In this document: in pieces, positions 11,304 to 20,280 of the stretch
Layout of the letters: each line of letters opens with the position of its first letter
Position numbering within the stretch: the first letter of the stretch is position 1
The notes under the pieces: model-generated
Database searches by the model: none
What the model was told of the DNA's origin: nothing
What the model saw: the letters and a program-made list of their open reading frames with translations, nothing else
Made by a program: the position numbers and the translations under genes
Assembly (NCBI GenBank): GCA_014378495.1
Contig: JACMNP010000070.1
Location: forward strand, 1,297 to 65,296
Length of the DNA: 64,000 nt
Direction of reading: 5' to 3'
Source of the DNA: Methylotenera sp.
Lineage (GTDB): Bacteria; Pseudomonadota; Gammaproteobacteria; Burkholderiales; Methylophilaceae

Positions 11304-11348
11304 TTGTCATATAGCCTTAATCAATCTGCAATATTAAGTTATTAAAGT
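11304..11348 (+). promoter_or_regulatory. Pho-box-like 11-bp periodic repeats plus -10 element upstream of exbB
   Basis: TTGTCAT-atag-CCTTAAT-caat-CTGCAAT, then exactly 10 bp, then TAAAGT (11343-11348). Confidence 0.45.
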
Positions 11349-11380
11349 CTCAGCTTAACTAATTCTAATTAAGTTTACAG

Positions 11381-13093
11381 ATGTTTAATATTCACACGCC
11401 TAGAGTTCCAAAAGCTCATTGTTTTGCTTGGATTATTGCAGCTTTGCTGCTATTACCTACTTTTGCCAACGCTGAGTGGAATAAAGACTGGTCATCACAT
11501 AAAAAAATATCAATTAATTCGCAGGGCATTTCAGAAGAAATTGCTCAGATGCCAGTTTTAGTGCGGTTACATTCTGGAAACTTTGATTTTACAAGCGCCA
11601 GTATTGATGGGTCTGATTTGCGTTTTATTGCAGCTGACGACAAAACTGAGCTTAAATATTTCGTAGAAAAGTTTGATGCTGTCAATGAGCTAGCAATCAT
11701 CTGGGTGCAAGTTCCTAAAATTAGCGTAGCAGATAAAGATGCACATTTTTGGCTTTATTATGGCAATGAAAAAGCAACTAGCAGTAGTAACGCCAAGGCG
11801 GTTTTAGATGCAAGCACTGTTGCTAATTTTCACTTTGCAGAAAAAGCCTTGCTTCAAGATAGTTCAGCAACTGGGTTGATTGCCAATGGCACAGCTACTG
11901 TACAAAAAGCTGGTTTAATCGGAGAAAGTGCGGTCTTTAATGCCCAGCCTATCGTAATTCCAGCAAATGCAGCAATTAACGCAAGTGCTGGCTACACTTG
12001 GTCGGCTTGGGTAAAGCCTACTACGCTTCCACAAGCCGCAAGTCTATATAGCCAAGTTGGTGCATTAAGTCTAGCTGTAGATGGACAAAAGCTGACTTTA
12101 AAGGTGGCTGATAAAGTACTTAGCGGTGGTGAACTAAAACCTGCAATTTGGCAGCATATCGCTTTTACTTTAAATGCAGGTAAAGCAACTTTATACCTGA
12201 ATGGTACGGAGGTCGCTACTGGTGAGGCCCCGACGGTTGAAACAGCAACAGAGATTAAAGTTGGTGAAGCATTTGTAGGTGAGTTAGATGAATTAGAAAT
12301 CGCTAAATCAGCTCGCAGTGCCACTTGGATAAAGCTGGTAGCGAGTAGTCAAGGTGTTGACAGTCAATTACTCAAAATTGATCAATCTACAGATGGAGAT
12401 AGTGAAGAAGAGGGCGATGGCAAACCTAACTACATCAAAATATTGATTGATAGCTTAACGCCAGACGCCAAAATTGTAATTGGCATTTTGGCTGTTATGT
12501 TTGTTATCAGTGTTTGGGTAATGGTGAAAAAGGCCATGTTGGTTTCACGTACCGACGCTGATAACAAAAAATTTCTAGTACGTTTTCAAAAAGCTAGTAC
12601 GGATGATTTGTTAACGCTAGACAAAGGTGCAAATTATCCCAACTCAACCCTATTTAAGTTATATCAAGCTGGATTACGTGAGATGCGCAAACGTCAACAC
12701 GAGGGAGAGGTTTTAGCGCTTAGTGGGGCGTCAATGGATGCAATTAAAGCCGCGATTGACGCAGACTTGGTACGTGAAACGCAACGTCAAAATGCGGGGA
12801 TGGTATTACTTACTATTGCTATTTCTGGCGGTCCATTTTTGGGTTTGCTCGGTACCGTAGTAGGTGTAATGATTACCTTTGCTGCCATTGCAGCGGCGGG
12901 TGATGTAAACGTAAATGCGATTGCACCAGGTATTGCAGCTGCATTATTGGCGACTGTAGCAGGTTTGGCTGTCGCAATCCCAGCCTTGTTTGGCTATAAC
13001 TATTTGGCTAGTCGCATCAAAAATATAACGATTGCAATGCAGATATTTGTAGATGAGTTCGTCACTAGATCTGCAGAACTATATGGTAAGTAG
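11381..13093 (+). CDS. exbB: DUF2341 + LamG/ConA-like lectin domain fused to a MotA/TolQ/ExbB proton channel
   Basis: Signal peptide ending ANA. DUF2341-like GSDLRFIAADDKTELKYFVEKFD...IWVQVP...WLYYGN. LamG-like YTWSAWVKP...WQHIAFT...LYLNG...FVGELDEL. ExbB motifs GPFLGLLGTVVGVMITF and APGIAAALLATVAGLAVAIPA. Confidence 0.9.
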   Translation: MFNIHTPRVPKAHCFAWIIAALLLLPTFANAEWNKDWSSHKKISINSQGISEEIAQMPVLVRLHSGNFDFTSASIDGSDLRFIAADDKTELKYFVEKFDAVNELAIIWVQVPKISVADKDAHFWLYYGNEKATSSSNAKAVLDASTVANFHFAEKALLQDSSATGLIANGTATVQKAGLIGESAVFNAQPIVIPANAAINASAGYTWSAWVKPTTLPQAASLYSQVGALSLAVDGQKLTLKVADKVLSGGELKPAIWQHIAFTLNAGKATLYLNGTEVATGEAPTVETATEIKVGEAFVGELDELEIAKSARSATWIKLVASSQGVDSQLLKIDQSTDGDSEEEGDGKPNYIKILIDSLTPDAKIVIGILAVMFVISVWVMVKKAMLVSRTDADNKKFLVRFQKASTDDLLTLDKGANYPNSTLFKLYQAGLREMRKRQHEGEVLALSGASMDAIKAAIDADLVRETQRQNAGMVLLTIAISGGPFLGLLGTVVGVMITFAAIAAAGDVNVNAIAPGIAAALLATVAGLAVAIPALFGYNYLASRIKNITIAMQIFVDEFVTRSAELYGK

Positions 13094-13125
13094 CCTTAAT
13101 AAATATTCTTACTTAAGGCTAACAA

Positions 13126-13536
13126 ATGTCAGAAGGTATTAAAGAAGAAAATCAGCTATACGACGAAATTAACATTACGCCAATGCTGGATCTTGCCTAT
13201 GTGCTATTGGTGATATTTATCATCATGACTACTGCTTCAGTGCAGGGCGTTAAGGTGGATATGCCAAAAACGGTAAATTCAGCCAGCTTAGCAAAACCCC
13301 AAATTAGGGCAATCACTATCACTAGCGACGGATCAGTATATTTAGACGCTTACCCAGTAGACATGGCTAGTTTAGAACAGCGTTTGGGTGAATATAAACG
13401 CAATAACCCAGCTTTACCTGTGGTTTTGAAAGGTGATGCTTCTGCACATTATGAAAAGGTTTCAGAGGTATTAGAGATATGTAAAAAACTCGATATTACT
13501 GAAGTGGGACTTGTTACTAAAAAGATTACTCAATAA
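13126..13536 (+). CDS. exbD: ExbD/TolR family protein (copy 1)
   Basis: EINITPMLDLAYVLLVIFIIMT transmembrane segment with the conserved Asp; periplasmic VVLKGD...Y...V motif. Confidence 0.92.
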   Translation: MSEGIKEENQLYDEINITPMLDLAYVLLVIFIIMTTASVQGVKVDMPKTVNSASLAKPQIRAITITSDGSVYLDAYPVDMASLEQRLGEYKRNNPALPVVLKGDASAHYEKVSEVLEICKKLDITEVGLVTKKITQ

Positions 13537-13553
13537 GTATATTTAAATAAACC

Positions 13554-13958
13554 ATGCAAGTTCAAAACGACGCTCAACCTTACGACACTATTAACATTAC
13601 GCCAATGCTTGATTTGGCCTATGTGCTGTTGGTCATTTTTATTTTGATGACCACTGCAGGCGTGCAGGGGCTGACCATGAATTTACCAAAGCCGTCTAAT
13701 AAGCCAAGTACTGAAAAACACGAGGTAAAGATTGTGCAAGTGCAACAAGGCGGTGGGTGGTTAATCAATGGTGTTGGTGTGAGTGCAGCAGAGCTTGAAA
13801 GCCAACTAAACAATGCAAAAGCGCAAGATCCGAAGTTCTCAGTGATGATCAAAGGTGATGCAAAAGCTCCTTATGCAGGTGTTGTAGGTGTGATTGATTT
13901 GGTGAACAGGCTGGAGATTGAAAACGTAGGATTGGTTACCGGACGCATAGGCAATTAA
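13554..13958 (+). CDS. exbD: ExbD/TolR family protein (copy 2)
   Basis: TINITPMLDLAYVLLVIFILMT; VMIKGDAKAPY. Confidence 0.92.
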   Translation: MQVQNDAQPYDTINITPMLDLAYVLLVIFILMTTAGVQGLTMNLPKPSNKPSTEKHEVKIVQVQQGGGWLINGVGVSAAELESQLNNAKAQDPKFSVMIKGDAKAPYAGVVGVIDLVNRLEIENVGLVTGRIGN

Positions 13959-13971
13959 GGCGGATGAATAA

Positions 13972-14670
13972 ATGCAAACGACTTATGATCCAATTTTAGA
14001 TGGCAATCAAAAACCCAATATAGGTGTTTGGATGAAGCGTATCGCTATATGCTTAATCATATTACTTACATTATTCGCAATTGGGTATGGCTTAAAAAAA
14101 CTAATGTCTGGTGGTGTTGTACATAAAAAACAAATCACGACCATTAAATTAATTCCAGATACACCACCGCCACCTCCGCCGCCTCCACCCAAAGAACCGC
14201 CAAAAGAACAACTTAAAGAGCAGCCAAAAGAAATAAAAATAGAGCAGCCTAAACCTGCAGAAACGCCGCCAGCTGAACAGTTGAAAATGGAAGGGGCAGC
14301 TGGCGATGGCCCTAGTCCTTTCTCAGCAGGTCCAGTGAACAATGATTACAAAGGCGGTGAAGTTAAAACCATAGGTTCTGATGGTGGAGCTAAGTTTAAC
14401 TGGTATGCCGGTGTTGTAAAAAATCAAATTGAAACTGCGTTAGAGAAAGATAAAAAACTGACGGCTGCCCAATATAAGGTCGTTGTAAGTGTTTGGCTAA
14501 AAGCCAGCGGAGAAATTGAAAAGGTAGAGCTATCAGGTTCTGATGCCAATACGGATATTCTGCAGGCAATAAGGGCTGTGCTTGAGGGTATGCCTGCGAT
14601 TCGAGACCAGCCGCCACAAGACATGCCTCAGCCCATCAAGCTGCGTATAACTGCACGCAAAATGGGTTAG
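13972..14670 (+). CDS. TonB/TolA-like energy transducer
   Basis: Single N-terminal TM, poly-Pro linker (TPPPPPPPPPKEPPKE) and a TonB/TolA-type C-terminal domain; follows exbB-exbD-exbD. Confidence 0.85.
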   Translation: MQTTYDPILDGNQKPNIGVWMKRIAICLIILLTLFAIGYGLKKLMSGGVVHKKQITTIKLIPDTPPPPPPPPPKEPPKEQLKEQPKEIKIEQPKPAETPPAEQLKMEGAAGDGPSPFSAGPVNNDYKGGEVKTIGSDGGAKFNWYAGVVKNQIETALEKDKKLTAAQYKVVVSVWLKASGEIEKVELSGSDANTDILQAIRAVLEGMPAIRDQPPQDMPQPIKLRITARKMG

Positions 14671-14745
14671 GGCAGCAAATTTTACTAACTTAAATATGTG
14701 ATGAAAATTATAAATTTTAATGTTTATAAGCTTGAGAGATTAAAT

Positions 14746-16386
14746 ATGTTGAATAACACAAAATTACCTAGCATTGTTAATTTGCAAATTAACAATAAAG
14801 TCATGTTAGCCATCTCGCTTTCCATAGGGCTGAGTACAAACTTTAGTCTGGCTCACGCAGATGAACGTGAAACGCTAGAACAATTAAGAGCGACAACAAA
14901 TAATTTAATCGAACTCTTAGTACAAGAGGGCGTGCTTAATAAAGATAAAGCTGATGCTATTGTAAAAAAAGCCAGCCAAGATGCCGCCAAACAAATGAAG
15001 CAAGCGCAAACTGAAAAAGTGTTGGATGAAAACACAACGCTAGATGAAAAATCGGTTCGTGTTCAGTATGTGCCAGAGCATATTAAAAATGAGATGCGTG
15101 AAGAGATTAAAAAAGATGTAATGGCTAAATTGAATTATAAAGCGGGTGAGCGTTTAGGTTTACCAAGCTGGTTGGATAGAATCTCTTTTTACGGTGATAT
15201 GCGCTTGAGGTTTGAAAACAATGCATTTGGTGACGGTAATGATGTGGCAGGTCAATATGCAATTGTAAATCGTTATACCGATATAAAAAATACTACTGAA
15301 GATCGTAATCGATTACGTGTACGCGGAAGGTTAGGTGCAGACATAAAAGTAAATGACTGGCTAACCGGTGGCTTAAGAATGACTACAGGTCAGCTCACTA
15401 GTCCAGTAAGTCCTAATCAAACACAGCAGGTATCTGAGGGTAAGTATGTGTTCGGGCTGGACCGTGCTTACCTAAAAGCGACTCCTACAGATTGGTCCAT
15501 GGTAGAAGGTGGGCGTTTTGCAAACCCATTTTTTTACACAGATATGATGTTTGATCCAGATTTAGCTTTTGATGGTGTTGCTGCAACTTTTAGCCCCAAA
15601 ATTAATGATAGCTGGTCATCATTCACAACTTTAGGTGCATTCCCAATTGAAGAGATTGAATCATCAGACGTTAATAAAGCACAAAGTAAATGGCTGTATT
15701 CATTGCAGACAGGCATTAAGTGGCAATCTGCAAATAAATCCAGTGTACGTTTAGCTGCTGCTTATCATGATTTCAGAAATGTAGATGGTAAATCAAATCC
15801 TGTGGGCTTAAATAGTTATGATGCTACCGTGCCGGCATTTAGACAGAAAGGTAACAATACATTTGATATTAATAGTGGTGCGAATGGTGCGACTGGAGCA
15901 ACTAGCCAATATGGGCTAGCTTCAAAATTTGAACTAATTAATATTACTGGGCAAGTGGATTTGTTAACATTTGATCCAGCACATGTAACCCTAACTGGTG
16001 ATTATGTACAAAATATAGGTTTTGATTCTAACGAAATTGCTAAAAGAACTGGTGTCTCTAATTTCAAGAAAGAAAACCAAGGTTATCAACTACGTTTAGA
16101 TGTAGGTAGCAATAGTTTTAATGGACCAGCATCTGTTGAAATTAAACCTAATGACTGGCAAGTTTCACTAGGCTATAAACGCATTGAGGCCGATGCAGTG
16201 TTAGATGGGTTCACGGATTCGGATTTCCATTTAGGCGGCACAGATACCAAAGGTTGGTTATTGGGCGCTAATTATGGCGTTGATAAAAATGCATGGTTAA
16301 GTGCAAGGTACTTCAGTGCAGATTCTATTACAGGCAAGCCACTAGCCATTGATGTACTGCTATTAGATTTCAACGCTAAATTTTAA
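14746..16386 (+). CDS. Large putative outer-membrane porin with an N-terminal helical periplasmic extension
   Basis: Signal peptide ending AHA, then a helical segment (NNLIELLVQEGVLNKDKAD) and beta-barrel strands (ISFYGDMRLRFE, RNRLRVRGRLG, LDRAYL, DPDLAFDG, DSDFHLGGTD). C-terminal Phe (LDFNAKF). ATG 14746 chosen for its GAGAG RBS; the ORF extends to 14698. Confidence 0.85.
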   Translation: MLNNTKLPSIVNLQINNKVMLAISLSIGLSTNFSLAHADERETLEQLRATTNNLIELLVQEGVLNKDKADAIVKKASQDAAKQMKQAQTEKVLDENTTLDEKSVRVQYVPEHIKNEMREEIKKDVMAKLNYKAGERLGLPSWLDRISFYGDMRLRFENNAFGDGNDVAGQYAIVNRYTDIKNTTEDRNRLRVRGRLGADIKVNDWLTGGLRMTTGQLTSPVSPNQTQQVSEGKYVFGLDRAYLKATPTDWSMVEGGRFANPFFYTDMMFDPDLAFDGVAATFSPKINDSWSSFTTLGAFPIEEIESSDVNKAQSKWLYSLQTGIKWQSANKSSVRLAAAYHDFRNVDGKSNPVGLNSYDATVPAFRQKGNNTFDINSGANGATGATSQYGLASKFELINITGQVDLLTFDPAHVTLTGDYVQNIGFDSNEIAKRTGVSNFKKENQGYQLRLDVGSNSFNGPASVEIKPNDWQVSLGYKRIEADAVLDGFTDSDFHLGGTDTKGWLLGANYGVDKNAWLSARYFSADSITGKPLAIDVLLLDFNAKF

Positions 16387-16399
16387 TTGACTGGAATTA

Positions 16400-17101
16400 A
16401 TGATGAAATCAATACTTAATTACAGAGTAGTTTGTTTGCTTATTGCTTCTTTTACGATTGGATTCGTATATCCAGACAATGTAAGTGCCGCAGAGAAACA
16501 AGATAAATCTGCAAGAAGAACTGCAATTATGATGCAAAAAATGAAGCAGGATATGGAACAAGAGAAAGCTAATATGCAAGTGCAGTTTGATTTGCAAAAA
16601 AAAGAGCTTGAAGATAAGAACAAACTTAAGGATGAGCAATTACAAAAGCTCGAAAAAAGTTTAGCCATGTTGGAGCGTAAAGCAAAATCCTTAGAAAATG
16701 ATTTAAAAATAGCTAACACTGAAAAAGCCATTTTAGATACAAAACTGCAAGAAACACAGGCACAGCTTGATATAAAGCTTATAGATTTGGCTAATTTGAA
16801 ATTGCAATATACGCAAGCTCAAGCAGATTTAAAATTTAATGATAATCAGCGAAAGTCTCTTTCTACTAATCTTGCTACAACTACTAAGTCATTAAATTCT
16901 TGTGAAAGTAAAAACACAAAACTATATCAATTTGGCGCTGAACTGATTCAAATTTATGACAAGCCTAGTACTTACAGTGCAGCTATGCGTAAAGAACCAT
17001 TTTTCCAACTAAAGCGTGTTGAGCTGGAGAATATTTTGCAGAACCAAAAAGATAAACTTGATGATGAGCATTTAATCACTGGAAAATCTGCATATCAATA
17101 G
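16400..17101 (+). CDS. Exported coiled-coil protein of unknown function
   Basis: Signal peptide followed by a long K/E/Q/L heptad-rich region; C-terminal CESKNTKLY...EPFFQLKRVELEN. Confidence 0.75.
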   Translation: MMKSILNYRVVCLLIASFTIGFVYPDNVSAAEKQDKSARRTAIMMQKMKQDMEQEKANMQVQFDLQKKELEDKNKLKDEQLQKLEKSLAMLERKAKSLENDLKIANTEKAILDTKLQETQAQLDIKLIDLANLKLQYTQAQADLKFNDNQRKSLSTNLATTTKSLNSCESKNTKLYQFGAELIQIYDKPSTYSAAMRKEPFFQLKRVELENILQNQKDKLDDEHLITGKSAYQ

Positions 17102-17153
17102 TGAGTAGTGGCTGTTTATTCGTTGAAAAATATGACAAAGAAATAATACCGTA

Positions 17154-17171
17154 ATAATACGTAAGTACTAT
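17154..17171. promoter_or_regulatory. Imperfect palindrome ATAATAC-gtaa-GTACTAT (candidate operator)
   Basis: Resembles the palindromes at 38901-38918 and 42816-42833; preceded by an 11-bp direct repeat of ATAATAC (17143, 17154). Confidence 0.35.
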
Positions 17172-17197
17172 CCACGCTTCACTGTGAGAGTGACAAC

Positions 17198-17872
17198 ATG
17201 GCAAGTCAACAAAACATAATCAGTAGATCCCTTCCTTTCGCAGTATATATAGTGTTTTTGGCTACGAGCGACTATCTTGCAAATCCGCTAAGCACATTAG
17301 GCATAGATGAAAAATGGCTTTATGCCATAAAAATTAGCGCTGTTACATCGCTATTAATTTACTTTTGGCACCACTACAGCGAGCTTAGAGTAAAGCCTGT
17401 GATAAAGCATTTTTTGTATGCTGCAATTGCAGGGATATTAGTATTTTTAACTTGGATATTGCCATATCCCACTTGGGCGCTATTAAGTAAAGATACTGCT
17501 GCTTTTAATCCCATGCAAGGTCAAAATGAAGTGGCAGTAGTTATGTGGTTATCAATTAGGCTGTTTGGTGCATCACTTATCGTTCCAGTAATGGAAGAAC
17601 TCTTTTGGCGTTCTTTTATTATGCGCTGGATTGATAACAAGCGCTTTTTAAGTCTACCACCAGAAAAAGTGACTACCTATGCGCTATTAGCAAGCTCATG
17701 TTTGTTTGCACTCGAACATCAATTATGGCTCGCCGGCTTATTTGCAGGGTTGATTTATGCGTGGCTGTATAAAAGCTATAAAAACCTTTGGATACCGATT
17801 TTTGCACATGGTGTTACCAATGGCTTGCTTGGTGTTTGGGTTGTCTATACTGGGAATTGGCAGTATTGGTAA
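17198..17872 (+). CDS. CAAX prenyl protease-related (CPBP/Abi family) membrane protein, PEP-CTERM-associated type
   Basis: Multi-TM protein with CPBP motifs VPVMEELFWRSF, FALEH and AHGVTN. Confidence 0.9.
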   Translation: MASQQNIISRSLPFAVYIVFLATSDYLANPLSTLGIDEKWLYAIKISAVTSLLIYFWHHYSELRVKPVIKHFLYAAIAGILVFLTWILPYPTWALLSKDTAAFNPMQGQNEVAVVMWLSIRLFGASLIVPVMEELFWRSFIMRWIDNKRFLSLPPEKVTTYALLASSCLFALEHQLWLAGLFAGLIYAWLYKSYKNLWIPIFAHGVTNGLLGVWVVYTGNWQYW

Positions 17873-19074
17873 TGCTTAAAATATATAAAAGTGTAACTGT
17901 TTGGTGTTTAATTTTCTTTTCAATCCCCTCTATAGCGGAAGGGATCATTGATATTAAACCTTATGTGAGCACCAGTATTGATTACGATGATAATGTGTTT
18001 CGTTTTTCCAGTCCTGAACAAGCTAAAGCAGCTTTTGGCTCGTCTACGACTTCTGATACAGTGAAGCGTGTTGATTTAGGTGTAGATATTAATTTAAGGT
18101 TAAGTAGGCAACTATTAACACTATCATCAAACTTTAATGATAGTCGCTACAATAGATTTGAAATCTTAGACAATACTGGAAAGTCAAACAGACTAAGTTG
18201 GAGCTGGCGATTGGGTAATGATGTATACGGAGAGCTAACTGCTAGTAAGAGTGAAGCAATTGCAGGCTTTAATGAAATTAAACAGCCAGTGAATAACTTA
18301 AGAACGTCTAGCCACCAAATAGCAAGTATTAACTGGAATCTTCATCCAGATTGGACGTTAAGCACTAGTTACGAAAAAGCAAAGACTGAAAATAATTTAA
18401 GTAACTTTAAAGCACTAAACAGAGAAGACGATATCTATGAAAGTGGTGTTCGTTATTTAAACCAACGTGGAACTCAATTAGGCTTATCATATCGCGTTGC
18501 AGATTCAAACTTTCCTAGTAGAACCGGATTCACCCAATTATTTTTTGGTGACGAAAGTACACAGAAAGAAATTATTACGAATGTAGCTTGGCTACCTACC
18601 TCCAAAACTAGAATTTCTGCTCGAATATCTCAAGTAAGTTTAAGTCATCCAGGACTATCAACACGAGACTTTAATGGGCTAAGTCAACGGTGGAATATAG
18701 ACCACTCATTAACAGGGCAGGTAAATTTAAACCTATCAGTTTATCAAGAAGTAAATCCTGTTGATGATGTGATATCTACTTATGTCAAGACAAAGGGTTT
18801 TAGTGTTAATCCCAATTGGATTGTCACTAGCAAAATTTCTTTGCGGGGAGGATTTGGCTACGAGGAAAGAAATTATTTAGGAAGTGCGGGTATTTTATTT
18901 AATAATGCTGATCGCTATGATGAGTCTAAGCTAGCAAACTTATCATTGACTTATACCCCCACAAGAAAGTCATTAATACAATTACAGTATCAAGGCGAGA
19001 GAAGGTCATCTAACATTGATAACTCTGGCTATCAATTCAATAATCTCAACTTCTTATTGAGATACGATTTCTAG
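17872..19074 (+). CDS. epsL: Exopolysaccharide-associated outer-membrane beta-barrel EpsL
   Basis: ATG 17872 overlaps the upstream stop (TAATG). Signal peptide, YDDNVFR motif, beta-strands and C-terminal LRYDF; lies before epsD. Confidence 0.82.
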   Translation: MLKIYKSVTVWCLIFFSIPSIAEGIIDIKPYVSTSIDYDDNVFRFSSPEQAKAAFGSSTTSDTVKRVDLGVDINLRLSRQLLTLSSNFNDSRYNRFEILDNTGKSNRLSWSWRLGNDVYGELTASKSEAIAGFNEIKQPVNNLRTSSHQIASINWNLHPDWTLSTSYEKAKTENNLSNFKALNREDDIYESGVRYLNQRGTQLGLSYRVADSNFPSRTGFTQLFFGDESTQKEIITNVAWLPTSKTRISARISQVSLSHPGLSTRDFNGLSQRWNIDHSLTGQVNLNLSVYQEVNPVDDVISTYVKTKGFSVNPNWIVTSKISLRGGFGYEERNYLGSAGILFNNADRYDESKLANLSLTYTPTRKSLIQLQYQGERRSSNIDNSGYQFNNLNFLLRYDF

Positions 19075-19129
19075 ATCAGGGTTTTCTGTTTTCTCACTTT
19101 GTTTTCCTCATCATAAAAATTACGTATTC

Positions 19130-19163
19130 TTGACATATTAAATTCATATTTTTTTCTTATAGT
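19130..19163 (+). promoter_or_regulatory. Pho-box-like repeats plus -10 element upstream of epsD
   Basis: TTGACAT-atta-AATTCAT, then 10 bp, then TATAGT. TTGACA is 22 bp from this -10, too far for a normal sigma70 -35. Confidence 0.4.
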
Positions 19164-19195
19164 AATGAAACTTTAGAATTTAATGGAATAGAAAT

Positions 19196-20221
19196 ATGCG
19201 CTTTACTAATAAACTCCTATTGCTACTACTGATCAGTTTCTCAATGCTTTTTAGCGCTTGTGGAAAAAAAGACCATACTGAGGCAGCTAAATCGGAAACT
19301 CAAGTTGTAGCTAAAGTGAATGGAGATGAGATTTTAATCAATCAGGTCAATTTTCAACTTGCTCGTATGGGTCAGTTAAACGAACTGCAAAGTAAGGCTG
19401 CAGCGAAGCAAATATTAGCTCGGTTAGTTGATCAACAATTACTAAAGCAACAAGCGCTAGATGCTAAATTAGATCGTGATCCAAGAGTTTTACAAGCACT
19501 TGAATCATCAAAGAATGAGATTTTAGCGCAAGCATTCCTTGAACAATTGATGACTAAAGCAACACTACCAAGTGCTTCAGAAGTAGATGCATTTTATAAA
19601 GAGCACCCAGAGTTATTTGATAATCGTCGAGTATTCCGATTGCAAGAGTTAGTTGTTACAGCCGATAAAGATAAGTTTGCAGAAATTGAAAGTAACTTAA
19701 AGTCTATTAAAGGTATCAACGAAATTGCAACATGGCTTAAAAATAATAATTATATTTTCACCGCAAATAGCAATGTAAGAGCTGCTGAACAACTACCGCT
19801 AGATTTTTTAAGAAAATTACAGCCACTTAAAGATGGTGAAGTCATGTTCATGCCTACAGATCGCACTTTTAATATTATCCATATAGCTGCCTCACAATCA
19901 GCGCCAATTAATCGTGAGAAAGCAAAGCCAATCATTGAACAATATTTTGTGAATCAAAATAAAACCAACCTTGCTAAAAAGGAAATGCTAGCTCTTAATG
20001 ACAAAGCAAAAATTGAGTTTGTTGGTGCGTTTTCTGAAATGAAGAAACAAGATTTAACTAAGCCAATTACAGCTAGTTCTGTTAGCCCTTCTCATAATGA
20101 CAAAACTTTGTCTCAATCAGGTAAGGCTGATATTGATAGCCCAAACCAAACACAACCTAAATCAAAAACGGCTGCCGGCACAGAGCAATCAAATATGGAT
20201 AAAGGTTTATCTGGTCTTTAG
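19196..20221 (+). CDS. epsD: EpsD-family peptidyl-prolyl isomerase-like lipoprotein
   Basis: Lipobox LFSAC; TQVVAKVNGDEI, KLDRDPRV, FYKEHPELF and RAAEQLP motifs; operon position. Confidence 0.88.
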   Translation: MRFTNKLLLLLLISFSMLFSACGKKDHTEAAKSETQVVAKVNGDEILINQVNFQLARMGQLNELQSKAAAKQILARLVDQQLLKQQALDAKLDRDPRVLQALESSKNEILAQAFLEQLMTKATLPSASEVDAFYKEHPELFDNRRVFRLQELVVTADKDKFAEIESNLKSIKGINEIATWLKNNNYIFTANSNVRAAEQLPLDFLRKLQPLKDGEVMFMPTDRTFNIIHIAASQSAPINREKAKPIIEQYFVNQNKTNLAKKEMLALNDKAKIEFVGAFSEMKKQDLTKPITASSVSPSHNDKTLSQSGKADIDSPNQTQPKSKTAAGTEQSNMDKGLSGL

Positions 20222-20224
20222 TTT

Positions 20225-20252
20225 AACCACTTAGTCATTTTACTAAGTGGTT
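20225..20252. repeat. 11-bp perfect inverted repeat between epsD and epsE (RNA stem-loop or operator)
   Basis: AACCACTTAGT-catttt-ACTAAGTGGTT with no clear U-tract. Confidence 0.6.
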
Positions 20253-20280
20253 GCTTAGTTATTAACAAGGTTTACTCGAC

